Origin: a virus
Taxonomy: Duplodnaviria; Heunggongvirae; Uroviricota; Caudoviricetes
Virus record (IMG/VR): IMGVR_UViG_3300035034_003552
Length of the DNA: 64,000 nucleotides
Reading direction: 5' to 3' (one strand)
In this document: positions 36,678 through 44,276 of the stretch, piece by piece
How the letters are laid out: the number at the start of each line of letters is the position of its first letter
Numbering within the stretch: the stretch's first letter is position 1
Position numbers and translations under genes: made by a program
Notes under the pieces: model-generated
The model's database searches: none
The model's input: only the letters and a program-made list of their open reading frames with translations
What the model was told of the DNA's origin: nothing

Positions 36678-37925
36678 ATGCCAGATAAATTCACTCCCAG
36701 TTTAAAAAAGCCAAATGTAAGATACAGAGGAAAGACCTCTAGTAAAGAGTACAACCAGATGACTAATAATCTCTATTATGACTTAAGTAATATATTCACT
36801 GAGACCAATAAGAACACCAAAGAAGCTGCAGACCTCATTGATCAGCTGACATTAGAAAACAAAATACTGAGCAACCAGATAAAAGAACTTGAGGGTAAGC
36901 TTGATAACGTAAAAGACCTATTAGTAGAGATTCAGAAAAGAAATAATCAGTACAACAAGACTATATTTGCTGATGACTTTAAGGAAGACAGTGATGCAAG
37001 TACTGTAAACAAAGCCTTCATAGACTCTGAACATAGAGTGGCCACCCTGCCCACAAGCGGCAAGGGAATAAGTAAGACACATATTTGGGACTCATTTAAA
37101 GAGGAGGTGTTTATACCAGATGAATTAAAGGTTTCATTTAATAAGTCAATAGAAGACTATGTTGATGCAGAAGAAAATGACCCAAAGAATGTTTTCGATG
37201 GATCAGATGAAACAACATGGATCAGAAAGATAAGATATCCAGACGATGACCCAAAGACTACAGAGGAACTTACAATGTATGTTAAGCTCCCTGAAAACAT
37301 AATAAATAACAGGCTATTTAATACCATAATAGTCCATCCCTTCCCGATAAATGGGCTCGACATAATGAACATCGAATACTCTAAAAGTGTTACGAGCAAT
37401 ATAAATAATGCAAAGTGGGATAGAATACCAGGGTGGCCGAGGAATGAAAAAGCAGAGCCAATCAACATTAATAATAGTGGACCCATAAAGTTCTGTTTTG
37501 AAGATATCAATGCTAACTGGATAAGGATAAAAATAAGACAGAATAAATCCATCATAGAAAACAATATGAAAGTATTTAATATCGGGCTAAAACAGTTTGA
37601 AATTAAGTACAACAACTATACTTCAGAAGAAGCTTCATTTATAATACCTATTAATTTGACTGCGCCAGAGGCTGTCCTATATACGATAAGGGACATAAAA
37701 GCGCTATTGGATAATGATAGCACAATATCTGAAGGTTACAGGTCCTACAGTCTTGAGGTTTATGGTAAAGACGAGTTCGGTGATACCGAGTATTTAGGCA
37801 GCAATCTACCAATAAAGAATATAAAACATAAAAACATAGAAGTTAAGGTTACAATACATGCAGATAAAAACAAAGAGTCAACCCCTGCTGTATCAGCCTT
37901 AAATATATACTACGAAGCTATTTAA
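36678..37925 (+). CDS. Paralog E (415 aa) of the same family.
   Basis: SD 'aaaggaggt'. 'KKPNVRYRGKTSSKEYNQMTNNLYYDLSNIFTETNK' followed by the coiled coil 'LENKILSNQIKELEGKLDNVKDLLVEIQ'. Confidence 0.7.
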   Translation: MPDKFTPSLKKPNVRYRGKTSSKEYNQMTNNLYYDLSNIFTETNKNTKEAADLIDQLTLENKILSNQIKELEGKLDNVKDLLVEIQKRNNQYNKTIFADDFKEDSDASTVNKAFIDSEHRVATLPTSGKGISKTHIWDSFKEEVFIPDELKVSFNKSIEDYVDAEENDPKNVFDGSDETTWIRKIRYPDDDPKTTEELTMYVKLPENIINNRLFNTIIVHPFPINGLDIMNIEYSKSVTSNINNAKWDRIPGWPRNEKAEPININNSGPIKFCFEDINANWIRIKIRQNKSIIENNMKVFNIGLKQFEIKYNNYTSEEASFIIPINLTAPEAVLYTIRDIKALLDNDSTISEGYRSYSLEVYGKDEFGDTEYLGSNLPIKNIKHKNIEVKVTIHADKNKESTPAVSALNIYYEAI

Positions 37926-37954
37926 AAAATATTTTATAACTAGGAGGAATCAAG

Positions 37955-38500
37955 TTGGGAATATTCCAACAGAGTATGCAGGTAGCGTTCCGCTTTCTTT
38001 TTGGCCAGGTCAATTCGACTCTATCTGCATTCTTCCTGTTTTCTGCAATAGCACTTATAATTTCTTATTTTTCTAACAAAATGAAAGCAGTTAAAGAGCA
38101 GTCTAAATATATTGGGGTTTATAATGTTCTAATAATAATATCTCATCACATAGATATAATCATAATCAATAATATAGCCCCTGCTGAGGACACAACAAGG
38201 ATGTTTGTAATAATTCTCATGTCAGCCAGGGTTCTCAATGAGATATTTGCTTATTTTAAAACTGATGGCATAACAATACCTAAGATACTTACATTAAGTG
38301 TGGAAAAAATGGAAGAATTGGATAAGGAAGATCTAAAGAAAAACTTAAGCGGCAAGGAAAAAGACGACATGAACCAGTGGAATGAAGAAAAGATCAGCAA
38401 ACAAATTGAATACATCAGTAAAAAGATTAAAAACTTCGAGGAATTAGAAAAACAGATCAAAGAAAAACTTGATCGCCAAGAAGGAGGGGAGAATGAATAA
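37955..38500 (+). CDS. Holin-like membrane protein with a charged C-terminal tail; TTG start.
   Basis: SD 'aggagg' + 7 nt + TTG. N-terminal hydrophobic helices 'STLSAFFLFSAIALIISYF', 'VLIIISHHIDIIIINNIA'; highly charged C-terminus. Confidence 0.5.
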   Translation: MGIFQQSMQVAFRFLFGQVNSTLSAFFLFSAIALIISYFSNKMKAVKEQSKYIGVYNVLIIISHHIDIIIINNIAPAEDTTRMFVIILMSARVLNEIFAYFKTDGITIPKILTLSVEKMEELDKEDLKKNLSGKEKDDMNQWNEEKISKQIEYISKKIKNFEELEKQIKEKLDRQEGGENE

Positions 38501-39228
38501 TGACTATTTTTAAGATCCTTGCAACCATCTTCATGGAATTCGGGGTTGGGTTGTTTGTAGGACTGTTAATAAAAGAAGGAAGTCATGAAAACACTGTAGA
38601 TGAAATAAAGATAGCGACACTAATGTTTATTGTTGTCTTATTCAGTTGGTATTTCGGCTCGGCAAGAGCGATTATTGAAATAATCTTTGAAGTTAGTTAC
38701 CTATGGGGGGCACTTATATTTGGTGTATTCCTGGGTAACCATATTAAATTACGATTCTTCAAAAAGATAATATTCTTGCTAAGAAAGAAAGACCTACAAT
38801 TGGCAATATCGGAATATCAGATAATAGCGAATCAAGTTGCAATTAATTACAGTGATAAAACCATTAAAAAGATGGAAAATAAACTAGACAGGATAGGAAA
38901 ACTGATCAATAACCTAAAAGCTTTTAAAGATTACCAGACCGGTCAATGGATTATCCATCTAGATGAGATAAATACTATCTGTTATGAGTACTCAATGCTC
39001 AGTAAGAAGATAGGAGAACAAGAAAGTGATCGAAAGTTAAGAGATGACCTAATTCAGACCGGAGATGAACTGGCTGAAATCGTATATCACACACTAAATC
39101 ACACTGAAAAAGAACTTAACACGATAGGAATTATAACAAATAGAGGTGGTCATAATGAAAAAAGAAAACTTGATAGAGAAAAAAGCCAAAGAGATAATGG
39201 ACATAGCGAAGGGACTAAATCTGAGTAG
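38500..39228 (+). CDS. Multi-pass membrane protein in the lysis cassette (holin or antiholin-like) with a charged C-terminus.
   Basis: 'MTIFKILATIFMEFGVGLFVGLLI', 'IATLMFIVVLFSWYFG', 'LWGALIFGVFLG' predicted TM helices; ATGA overlap with the upstream gene. Confidence 0.5.
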   Translation: MTIFKILATIFMEFGVGLFVGLLIKEGSHENTVDEIKIATLMFIVVLFSWYFGSARAIIEIIFEVSYLWGALIFGVFLGNHIKLRFFKKIIFLLRKKDLQLAISEYQIIANQVAINYSDKTIKKMENKLDRIGKLINNLKAFKDYQTGQWIIHLDEINTICYEYSMLSKKIGEQESDRKLRDDLIQTGDELAEIVYHTLNHTEKELNTIGIITNRGGHNEKRKLDREKSQRDNGHSEGTKSE

Positions 39229-39790
39229 GGATATAGACCTGTCTGGTAAGTTAGTTATAGTAGATGCCGGCCATGGCGGAGAAGATCCTGGGGCAGTAGG
39301 ACAGAACGGCTTAAAAGAGTCAGAGGTAGCTTTAAAAGTAGCATACCTTGTTGGATATAAACTCAAAAAGATGGGCGCAAGAGTAGTACTAACACGCCCT
39401 ACAAATGAGTTCATCACTCTCAAAGAGAGAGTAGAAATCGCCAAAGAAGGAGAAAACAGAGAAGCTGACTGCTTTGTGAGCATTCACTGTAATGCAGTAG
39501 CAAACAGAGATGTGTCTGGTATAGAGACATATCACTACAGGAACAGCTCCACAGGACCAGAGTTAGCAGATAGTATCCAAACCTCTATTATGGCTTTATT
39601 TGATGAGAATAAAGATAGAGGGGTCAAGGGAGCTGGCCTATATGTTACTAAATACACACCAATGCCTGCAGTGCTGACAGAGTTAGAATTCATTTCAAAT
39701 CCCGAAATGGAAAAGAAATTTAAAAATCCTAACATTATATATAAGTACACTGAAGCAATTTCAGAGGGTATAATAGACTACATTAAATAA
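39155..39790 (+). CDS. N-acetylmuramoyl-L-alanine amidase (Amidase_3 family) endolysin without a separate wall-binding domain.
   Basis: SD 'agaggtgg' 5 nt before ATG 39155. 'LVIVDAGHGGEDPGAVG...VVLTRPTNEFITLKERVEIA...ADCFVSIHCNA...SGIETYHY' is the canonical Amidase_3 (CwlD-like) motif set. The 5' end overlaps the 38500 gene out of frame. Confidence 0.8.
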   Translation: MKKENLIEKKAKEIMDIAKGLNLSRDIDLSGKLVIVDAGHGGEDPGAVGQNGLKESEVALKVAYLVGYKLKKMGARVVLTRPTNEFITLKERVEIAKEGENREADCFVSIHCNAVANRDVSGIETYHYRNSSTGPELADSIQTSIMALFDENKDRGVKGAGLYVTKYTPMPAVLTELEFISNPEMEKKFKNPNIIYKYTEAISEGIIDYIK

Positions 39791-39801
39791 GGAGTGATTA
39801 T

Positions 39802-40095
39802 ATGACAATAGAATTAGTAGTAGTTGGAGCAATAGCAGGTCTGGTTGGAATAGCAGTTGGCCAATATGTAAAAACAGACGATGTCGATAAGCTAATAACC
39901 ACATTATCTAAAATATCTAATATAGTGGTAAAGTCGACAGAACAGGACATAGGTAATAAGTCTGGTGATCAGAAAAAGCATGTTGCAAAGATGAAACTCA
40001 AAAATGAAATGCAGAACCTCGGTATTGACCTGGCAGAAACACTAATGGATGAGGCTATAGAGGCCTCAGTTAAAGAGATGAACAAAGAAGAATAA
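39802..40095 (+). CDS. Small membrane protein with an N-terminal TM helix (holin or spanin-like).
   Basis: SD 'aaggagtg'; 'MTIELVVVGAIAGLVGIAVGQYV', then a charged tail. Confidence 0.5.
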   Translation: MTIELVVVGAIAGLVGIAVGQYVKTDDVDKLITTLSKISNIVVKSTEQDIGNKSGDQKKHVAKMKLKNEMQNLGIDLAETLMDEAIEASVKEMNKEE

Positions 40096-40100
40096 GCTAT

Positions 40101-40170
40101 AACCCCCCTCCTATCAATGGTTTTCAGCCTTTCCTGCCATTAGTTAGGGGGGTATTTTTATCTATTTTTA
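40101..40170 (+). terminator. Strong rho-independent terminator closing the structural and lysis transcription unit.
   Basis: Long imperfect hairpin 'acccccctcctatcaatgg...ccattagttaggggggt' followed by 'atttttatctattttt'. Confidence 0.7.
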
Positions 40171-40220
40171 ATGCGAGCAGAAATGGGAAGTCGTATTTCA
40201 TAATTATATTCGGTTATCTG

Positions 40221-40249
40221 TTGACAGCATTACATTTGAGTGTTATAAT
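40221..40249 (+). promoter_or_regulatory. Consensus sigma-A/sigma-70-type promoter (TTGACA-17-TATAAT) for the replication/recombination module.
   Basis: 'ttgaca' 40221-40226, 17-nt spacer, 'tataat' 40244-40249. The ORF-track entry 40221..41093 starts at this 'ttgaca' and is an artefact. Confidence 0.7.
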
Positions 40250-40325
40250 TAAGTTGCAGTTAAGAAAGAGGTACCGGCGTTACAGTATATTAAACGCTAT
40301 AAAAAATTATAAGGAGGTAACGCTG

Positions 40326-41093
40326 ATGAAAACTACAGAAATTATGAAAGCACAACAGCCAGAAAGACTGAAAGAGGTAATTGAACAAAAGCTTAACCCT
40401 AACTGGATTAAGCAGAGAAAAGGTAGAGGCGGAATGATGTTAGATTACTTGGAAGGACACAGAGTAATCTCAATCCTAAATGACGCTACAGATTATAAGT
40501 GGAGTTTTGAGATTATTAGTAAAGAAACAATCTCCCCGAAAAAAGGTAAAGAGTTTATCGAGGTACTCGGTAAGCTAACAATACCAGGAGTCGGTGTAAA
40601 GCAGGCTTACGGTACAAAGGAACTATATGGTGACCAGAGTCAGGCAGCCAAAGCAGCTACCACTGACGCCCTTAAGAAGGCAGCCAGTATGGCAGGAGTC
40701 GGACTTGAGTTGTGGTCGGATGATGAGCCAGCAAATGATTACAATAATAACAGCAATGGCAACAGCAATTACAACAACAATGGTAATGGTGCCAGCAATG
40801 GTAACAGCAATTACAATAATAACAACAGCCAGAGCAATAGTAATAATTCTAGCAAATCAAGTAATAACGGCAGTAGTACCAAGACATGGGCTCAACCAGA
40901 AATAGTAAAAGCCGCAAACGCACTCAAGGAACACAAAAAAGCATTGGGAATTAAGAAGAACAAAGAACTTAACTCCTATGTTGATGAATGGTCAGATGGT
41001 GAACTGAGTAGTTGGAGTGATATAACACCAGCAAATATACAAGATTTCAACAAGTGGTTAGAAAACAATAAGATTCAAAAGCTGTCAGCCTAA
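40326..41093 (+). CDS. Rad52/Rad22-family (Sak-like) single-strand annealing protein with an Asn/Ser-rich low-complexity linker.
   Basis: SD 'aaggaggt'. 'KQRKGRGGMMLDYLEGHRVISILNDATDYKWSFEI...GVGVKQAYGTKELYGD...AAKAATTDALKKAASMAGVGLELW' parallels the Rad52 N-terminal core (xxGGxxxxYIEGxxVIxLAN...GYxWS...KxAxTDALKRA...FGxxLG). 'NNNSNGNSNYNNNGNGASNGNSNYNNNNSQSNSNNSSKSSNNGSS' tail. Confidence 0.75.
   Translation: MKTTEIMKAQQPERLKEVIEQKLNPNWIKQRKGRGGMMLDYLEGHRVISILNDATDYKWSFEIISKETISPKKGKEFIEVLGKLTIPGVGVKQAYGTKELYGDQSQAAKAATTDALKKAASMAGVGLELWSDDEPANDYNNNSNGNSNYNNNGNGASNGNSNYNNNNSQSNSNNSSKSSNNGSSTKTWAQPEIVKAANALKEHKKALGIKKNKELNSYVDEWSDGELSSWSDITPANIQDFNKWLENNKIQKLSA
40738..40880 (+). repeat. AAT/AGC-rich imperfect tandem repeats of about 24 nt encoding the N/S-rich segment of the Rad52-like protein.
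   Basis: 'aatggcaacagcaattacaacaac' / 'aatggtaacagcaattacaataat' near-duplicates read directly from the sequence. They generate the spurious out-of-frame ORF 40627..40905. Confidence 0.55.
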
Positions 41094-41162
41094 ATACTAA
41101 GATCCCTGCTAGTACCTATCCGTACTGGCGGGGATTAATTCTTAATGGTAAGGAGATTTAAG

Positions 41163-41489
41163 ATGAAATACTGTAAAGATTGTTCCAACTTTAATATAAG
41201 CATACGCACTTGTTCGATCATGTTAGTAGATTTATACCAGCATATTGAACAGGATGATAAAATAAATGATTTATTAAAAGATAAAATAGATACTTATGAT
41301 TTCATGAAGTTTAAAGTAGACAATGCTTTAGAAGAAAGCAATATGACAGGGATTGACCCTGAACAGTATCTACAAGGAGAAATAGTTCATGGTGGTGGCC
41401 AGTTAAATAAAGATAACGCCTGTCCATTCTACCAAAAAGATATACTTAAAAGCTCAATTAATCAGATAAAGAGCATCTTTTCTTCTTAG
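41163..41489 (+). CDS. Small Cys-containing hypothetical protein.
   Basis: SD 'aaggag' then ATG 41163 ('MKYCKDCSNFN...'); CxxC near the N-terminus and further Cys residues. Confidence 0.5.
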   Translation: MKYCKDCSNFNISIRTCSIMLVDLYQHIEQDDKINDLLKDKIDTYDFMKFKVDNALEESNMTGIDPEQYLQGEIVHGGGQLNKDNACPFYQKDILKSSINQIKSIFSS

Positions 41490-41516
41490 TTTTAAAGATA
41501 GATCGGAGGAGATATC

Positions 41517-42200
41517 ATGGGTTCCAAAGTAGATTTAATGGTATATTTTGTTGAGAGTATGTTTGAAAGTAAACCTACTCAGGAGCAGAAAAACAATATC
41601 ATAAATACTATAAGCAACTTACTGCAAAATGGTTATTCAGATAGAGATATTAAATTGGTAATAGATAAACATATAAGGAAGTTTGGAGTAGAAAAAGATA
41701 TTACACAGGTTTTTGATGACAGGCACAAAAAGCCAACAGACGATGTCAACTTGATAGATCCTAACAAATTTTACTATCATTCGTCCCTGAGAATAGCACC
41801 AGGGCCACCTACAACGAAATACAATCCTGAAACGCGAGAGATAACTAGACGCTATGAAGACTACTTTTTAGAAATGAAAGCTAGTTATACGATAAAGGAT
41901 TTAGTTAAATATTATTGTGAGACTATGAAAATCAAAATGAATAAGCACACTATTAGTAGATACCATTCTGTATTTGAGAATTTACTTAGTTCTTACAGTT
42001 TAGACAGGATACTTTTTACGATAGATGCAGCGGCTGAAATAAGACAGTCAAACCATCTGAATCCATTGGTAAACCCATTTGGACTAACAGATTATATGCA
42101 TACAGGTGAAGAAAACTACAGTCTCAAGGTTAATTTAAGTAAACAGGAAGGTGTTGATGAAATTGTCTATCGCAAAAGACCCCCAATATTCGATGATTGA
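41517..42200 (+). CDS. Hypothetical protein in the replication module.
   Basis: SD 'ggaggag'; 227 aa. Confidence 0.6.
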   Translation: MGSKVDLMVYFVESMFESKPTQEQKNNIINTISNLLQNGYSDRDIKLVIDKHIRKFGVEKDITQVFDDRHKKPTDDVNLIDPNKFYYHSSLRIAPGPPTTKYNPETREITRRYEDYFLEMKASYTIKDLVKYYCETMKIKMNKHTISRYHSVFENLLSSYSLDRILFTIDAAAEIRQSNHLNPLVNPFGLTDYMHTGEENYSLKVNLSKQEGVDEIVYRKRPPIFDD

Positions 42201-43209
42201 GTTTGGATGTCATCTGCCAAATGGGTATTTCAAGCGAGGACAATATATAACATCTGATGACTTACTGGATATGCGCAAGAAGTACAGTAATACAGGAATT
42301 TATACTACAATTTATAGATATTCTAAAGAATTAGAAGAAGAAGACCCCATTTACGGACCATTTTATTTGGACTTCGATGCTGATATGTGGGGCGTCAGCG
42401 ATGATGTAGCAGAAAAGAACTTAAAAAAAGTACAGGAAGACTTAAAACTAGCAATAACTTATTTTGAAGTCATATACAACATACCGAGGGAATATGCCAG
42501 ATGTTACTATTCAGGTAAAAAGGGGGTACATCTGGTTTACCCTGCTGATCTATTCGGGATTAAGCCGAGGGAAGACCTTAATAGAATATTTAAGCTTATA
42601 AAAGATGATGTAAGTAAATATGTCAATCACGACACGATAGATCAAAGAATATATGATAATAAAAGATTATTCAGAGTGCCAAACTCAAGGCACCAGGATA
42701 CAGGACTTTATAAGATACCGGCCAGTCCAGATTTTTTAATAAACAGCTCACTCAAGGAGATAAGAGATAAGGCAAAGATGCCACAGGAGCTTAAAGTTAA
42801 AGAACCCAGGACATTAAGAAAGCCGGCAAAACAGTACAGAGCAGTAGTTGATAAATATGAATACCAGAAAAAAGAGCGGGAAGAAAAGATGAAAAGGTAC
42901 AAAGATAAGCCGTTAAAACACACACCTCCATGTATCGATAACCTATTAGAAGACGGAGCACGAAAGGGCCACCGCAACAATTCGATGGCTGCACTAACAA
43001 GTTTTCTCAAACAGACTGGGTTAACCGAAGAAGAGGTATTCATGAAAATAAAGAAGTGGGGCAAAGAGAAATGTGTTCCACCAATTAATGAAAACGAGAT
43101 AAAAGCGACAGTCCCTTCAGTTTATGGAAGTGAAAAGAACTACGGATGTGCAGCACTAAAGGAACTATCGACTTGTGAAAAGGATAAATGCAAGCTGGTA
43201 AAAGATTAA
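42157..43209 (+). CDS. Archaeo-eukaryotic-primase-type primase-polymerase (PrimPol) with a C-terminal PriCT-1 domain.
   Basis: AEP motifs 'FYLDFD' (DxD), 'GKKGVHLVYP' (sGxGxH), 'RLFRVPNSRHQDTG'. The C-terminal 'GARKGHRNNSMAALTSFLKQTGLTEEEVF' fits PriCT-1 (GxRNxxLxxxA). ATG 42157 after 'aggaaggtg'. Confidence 0.7.
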   Translation: MKLSIAKDPQYSMIEFGCHLPNGYFKRGQYITSDDLLDMRKKYSNTGIYTTIYRYSKELEEEDPIYGPFYLDFDADMWGVSDDVAEKNLKKVQEDLKLAITYFEVIYNIPREYARCYYSGKKGVHLVYPADLFGIKPREDLNRIFKLIKDDVSKYVNHDTIDQRIYDNKRLFRVPNSRHQDTGLYKIPASPDFLINSSLKEIRDKAKMPQELKVKEPRTLRKPAKQYRAVVDKYEYQKKEREEKMKRYKDKPLKHTPPCIDNLLEDGARKGHRNNSMAALTSFLKQTGLTEEEVFMKIKKWGKEKCVPPINENEIKATVPSVYGSEKNYGCAALKELSTCEKDKCKLVKD

Positions 43210-44096
43210 AAAGGATTTTTGTCTTCTATTTCACGCTCAAGTATAGCATCAGTAACATGAGTATAGATCTCTGTTGTAGAGAGATTAGCGTGGCCAAGAA
43301 GTTTCTGTAAGTTTCTGATGTCCATACCGGCTGAGTGATACAGCGTAGCAAAGGTATGACGCAGGCTATGGCTTGATATGTCAGCGTTAAGGCCCATATT
43401 CTTTACCAGCTTTTTTACTATCCAATGGACAGTATGTCGACTGATTCTATTTTTCCTTTTAGAAATGAAGACAGCATCAAGTCTAGTCTTAGGTCTTTTT
43501 TCTAAATACTCTTTAAGTAGCTTGGCAATGTCTTTATTGAGAAAGATGGTACGCTCTTTAGAGCCCTTACCTAAAACTCGAATTACATTCTCATTAAGAC
43601 TCAAATCATTCATATTAAGACCAGTCAGTTCACTTACTCGAAGACCCGCCATGCTCATCAGGCCTATCATGGCCTTGTTTCTCGTATGAAACTCGGTGAA
43701 GGTTTCGTCAACGCCGTCCAAAATAAGCAAAAGCTGTCTCCTAGTAAGGAAGAGAGGTAACTTTTTGCCTCTAGGGGTATGGTAATCAATTTTTTCCATC
43801 GGGTTTGAGCCAATAAGGTCCTCATTGTAGAGGTAAATGAAGAAAGAGTTTAAGGAAGATACTTTCCTGGCCACTGTATAAGGGGAGTTTTCCCTTAGAT
43901 CAGTACAGTGAGAAAGAAAAGATCTAATATCATCCACTTCGAAGTTATCAAGTTTCTTATCAATATGTGATAAAAGGAGCTCGATATCTCGTAAATATTC
44001 TTCAATAGTGGAAGCACTTATATTCTTTTCAACTCTTAACCAGTTCTGCCAGTTGTTAATGATTTTCTTAGCTTCTTTCATGGAAGATTCCTCCAA
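43206..44096 (-). CDS. Xer-like tyrosine recombinase / integrase (XerC/XerD family, 296 aa).
   Basis: 'ARKVSSLNSFFIYLYNEDLIGSNP', 'GLRVSELTGLNMND', 'VLGKGSKERTIFL', 'HSLRHTFATLYHSAGMDIRNLQKLLGHANLSTTEIYTHV' (R...K...HxxR...Y catalytic set). No large N-terminal arm-binding domain. Confidence 0.85.
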   Translation of the reverse strand: MEESSMKEAKKIINNWQNWLRVEKNISASTIEEYLRDIELLLSHIDKKLDNFEVDDIRSFLSHCTDLRENSPYTVARKVSSLNSFFIYLYNEDLIGSNPMEKIDYHTPRGKKLPLFLTRRQLLLILDGVDETFTEFHTRNKAMIGLMSMAGLRVSELTGLNMNDLSLNENVIRVLGKGSKERTIFLNKDIAKLLKEYLEKRPKTRLDAVFISKRKNRISRHTVHWIVKKLVKNMGLNADISSHSLRHTFATLYHSAGMDIRNLQKLLGHANLSTTEIYTHVTDAILEREIEDKNPF

Positions 44097-44128
44097 TTCA
44101 ACAAAATATAGATTTTGTTTAGTTAGAA

Positions 44129-44157
44129 CTCATATTATATATATTTATACGTAAACT
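44129..44157. promoter_or_regulatory. Candidate dif-like Xer recombination site next to the recombinase gene.
   Basis: '...catattatatatatttATACGTAAACT' in the recombinase 5' intergenic region. Its right half resembles the conserved XerD-arm of firmicute dif (ttATGTAAACT), and the centre is TA-rich. Confidence 0.3.
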
Positions 44158-44276
44158 ATTAAAATCCTTTTTTTTAAATCGGGAAATTACTATATTATAG
44201 TTAAACTTGTATTTAATCCCATTCTGCCAAGTTATCTCTGGATTTTGGGACAGAAAAGAAATTTAGGAGGCTTATT

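Noticed and set aside
40627-40905. 92-aa plus-strand ORF in an alternative frame within the Rad52-like gene.
   Set aside because: It arises from the AAT/AGC repeat region read out of frame, has no RBS, and is embedded in the supported gene.
40221-41093. ORF-track entry starting at 40221 (MTALHLSVIIKLQL...) for the Rad52-like gene.
   Set aside because: Its first codons are the -35/-10 promoter hexamers (ttgaca...tataat). The real start is ATG 40326 behind the SD 'aaggaggt'.
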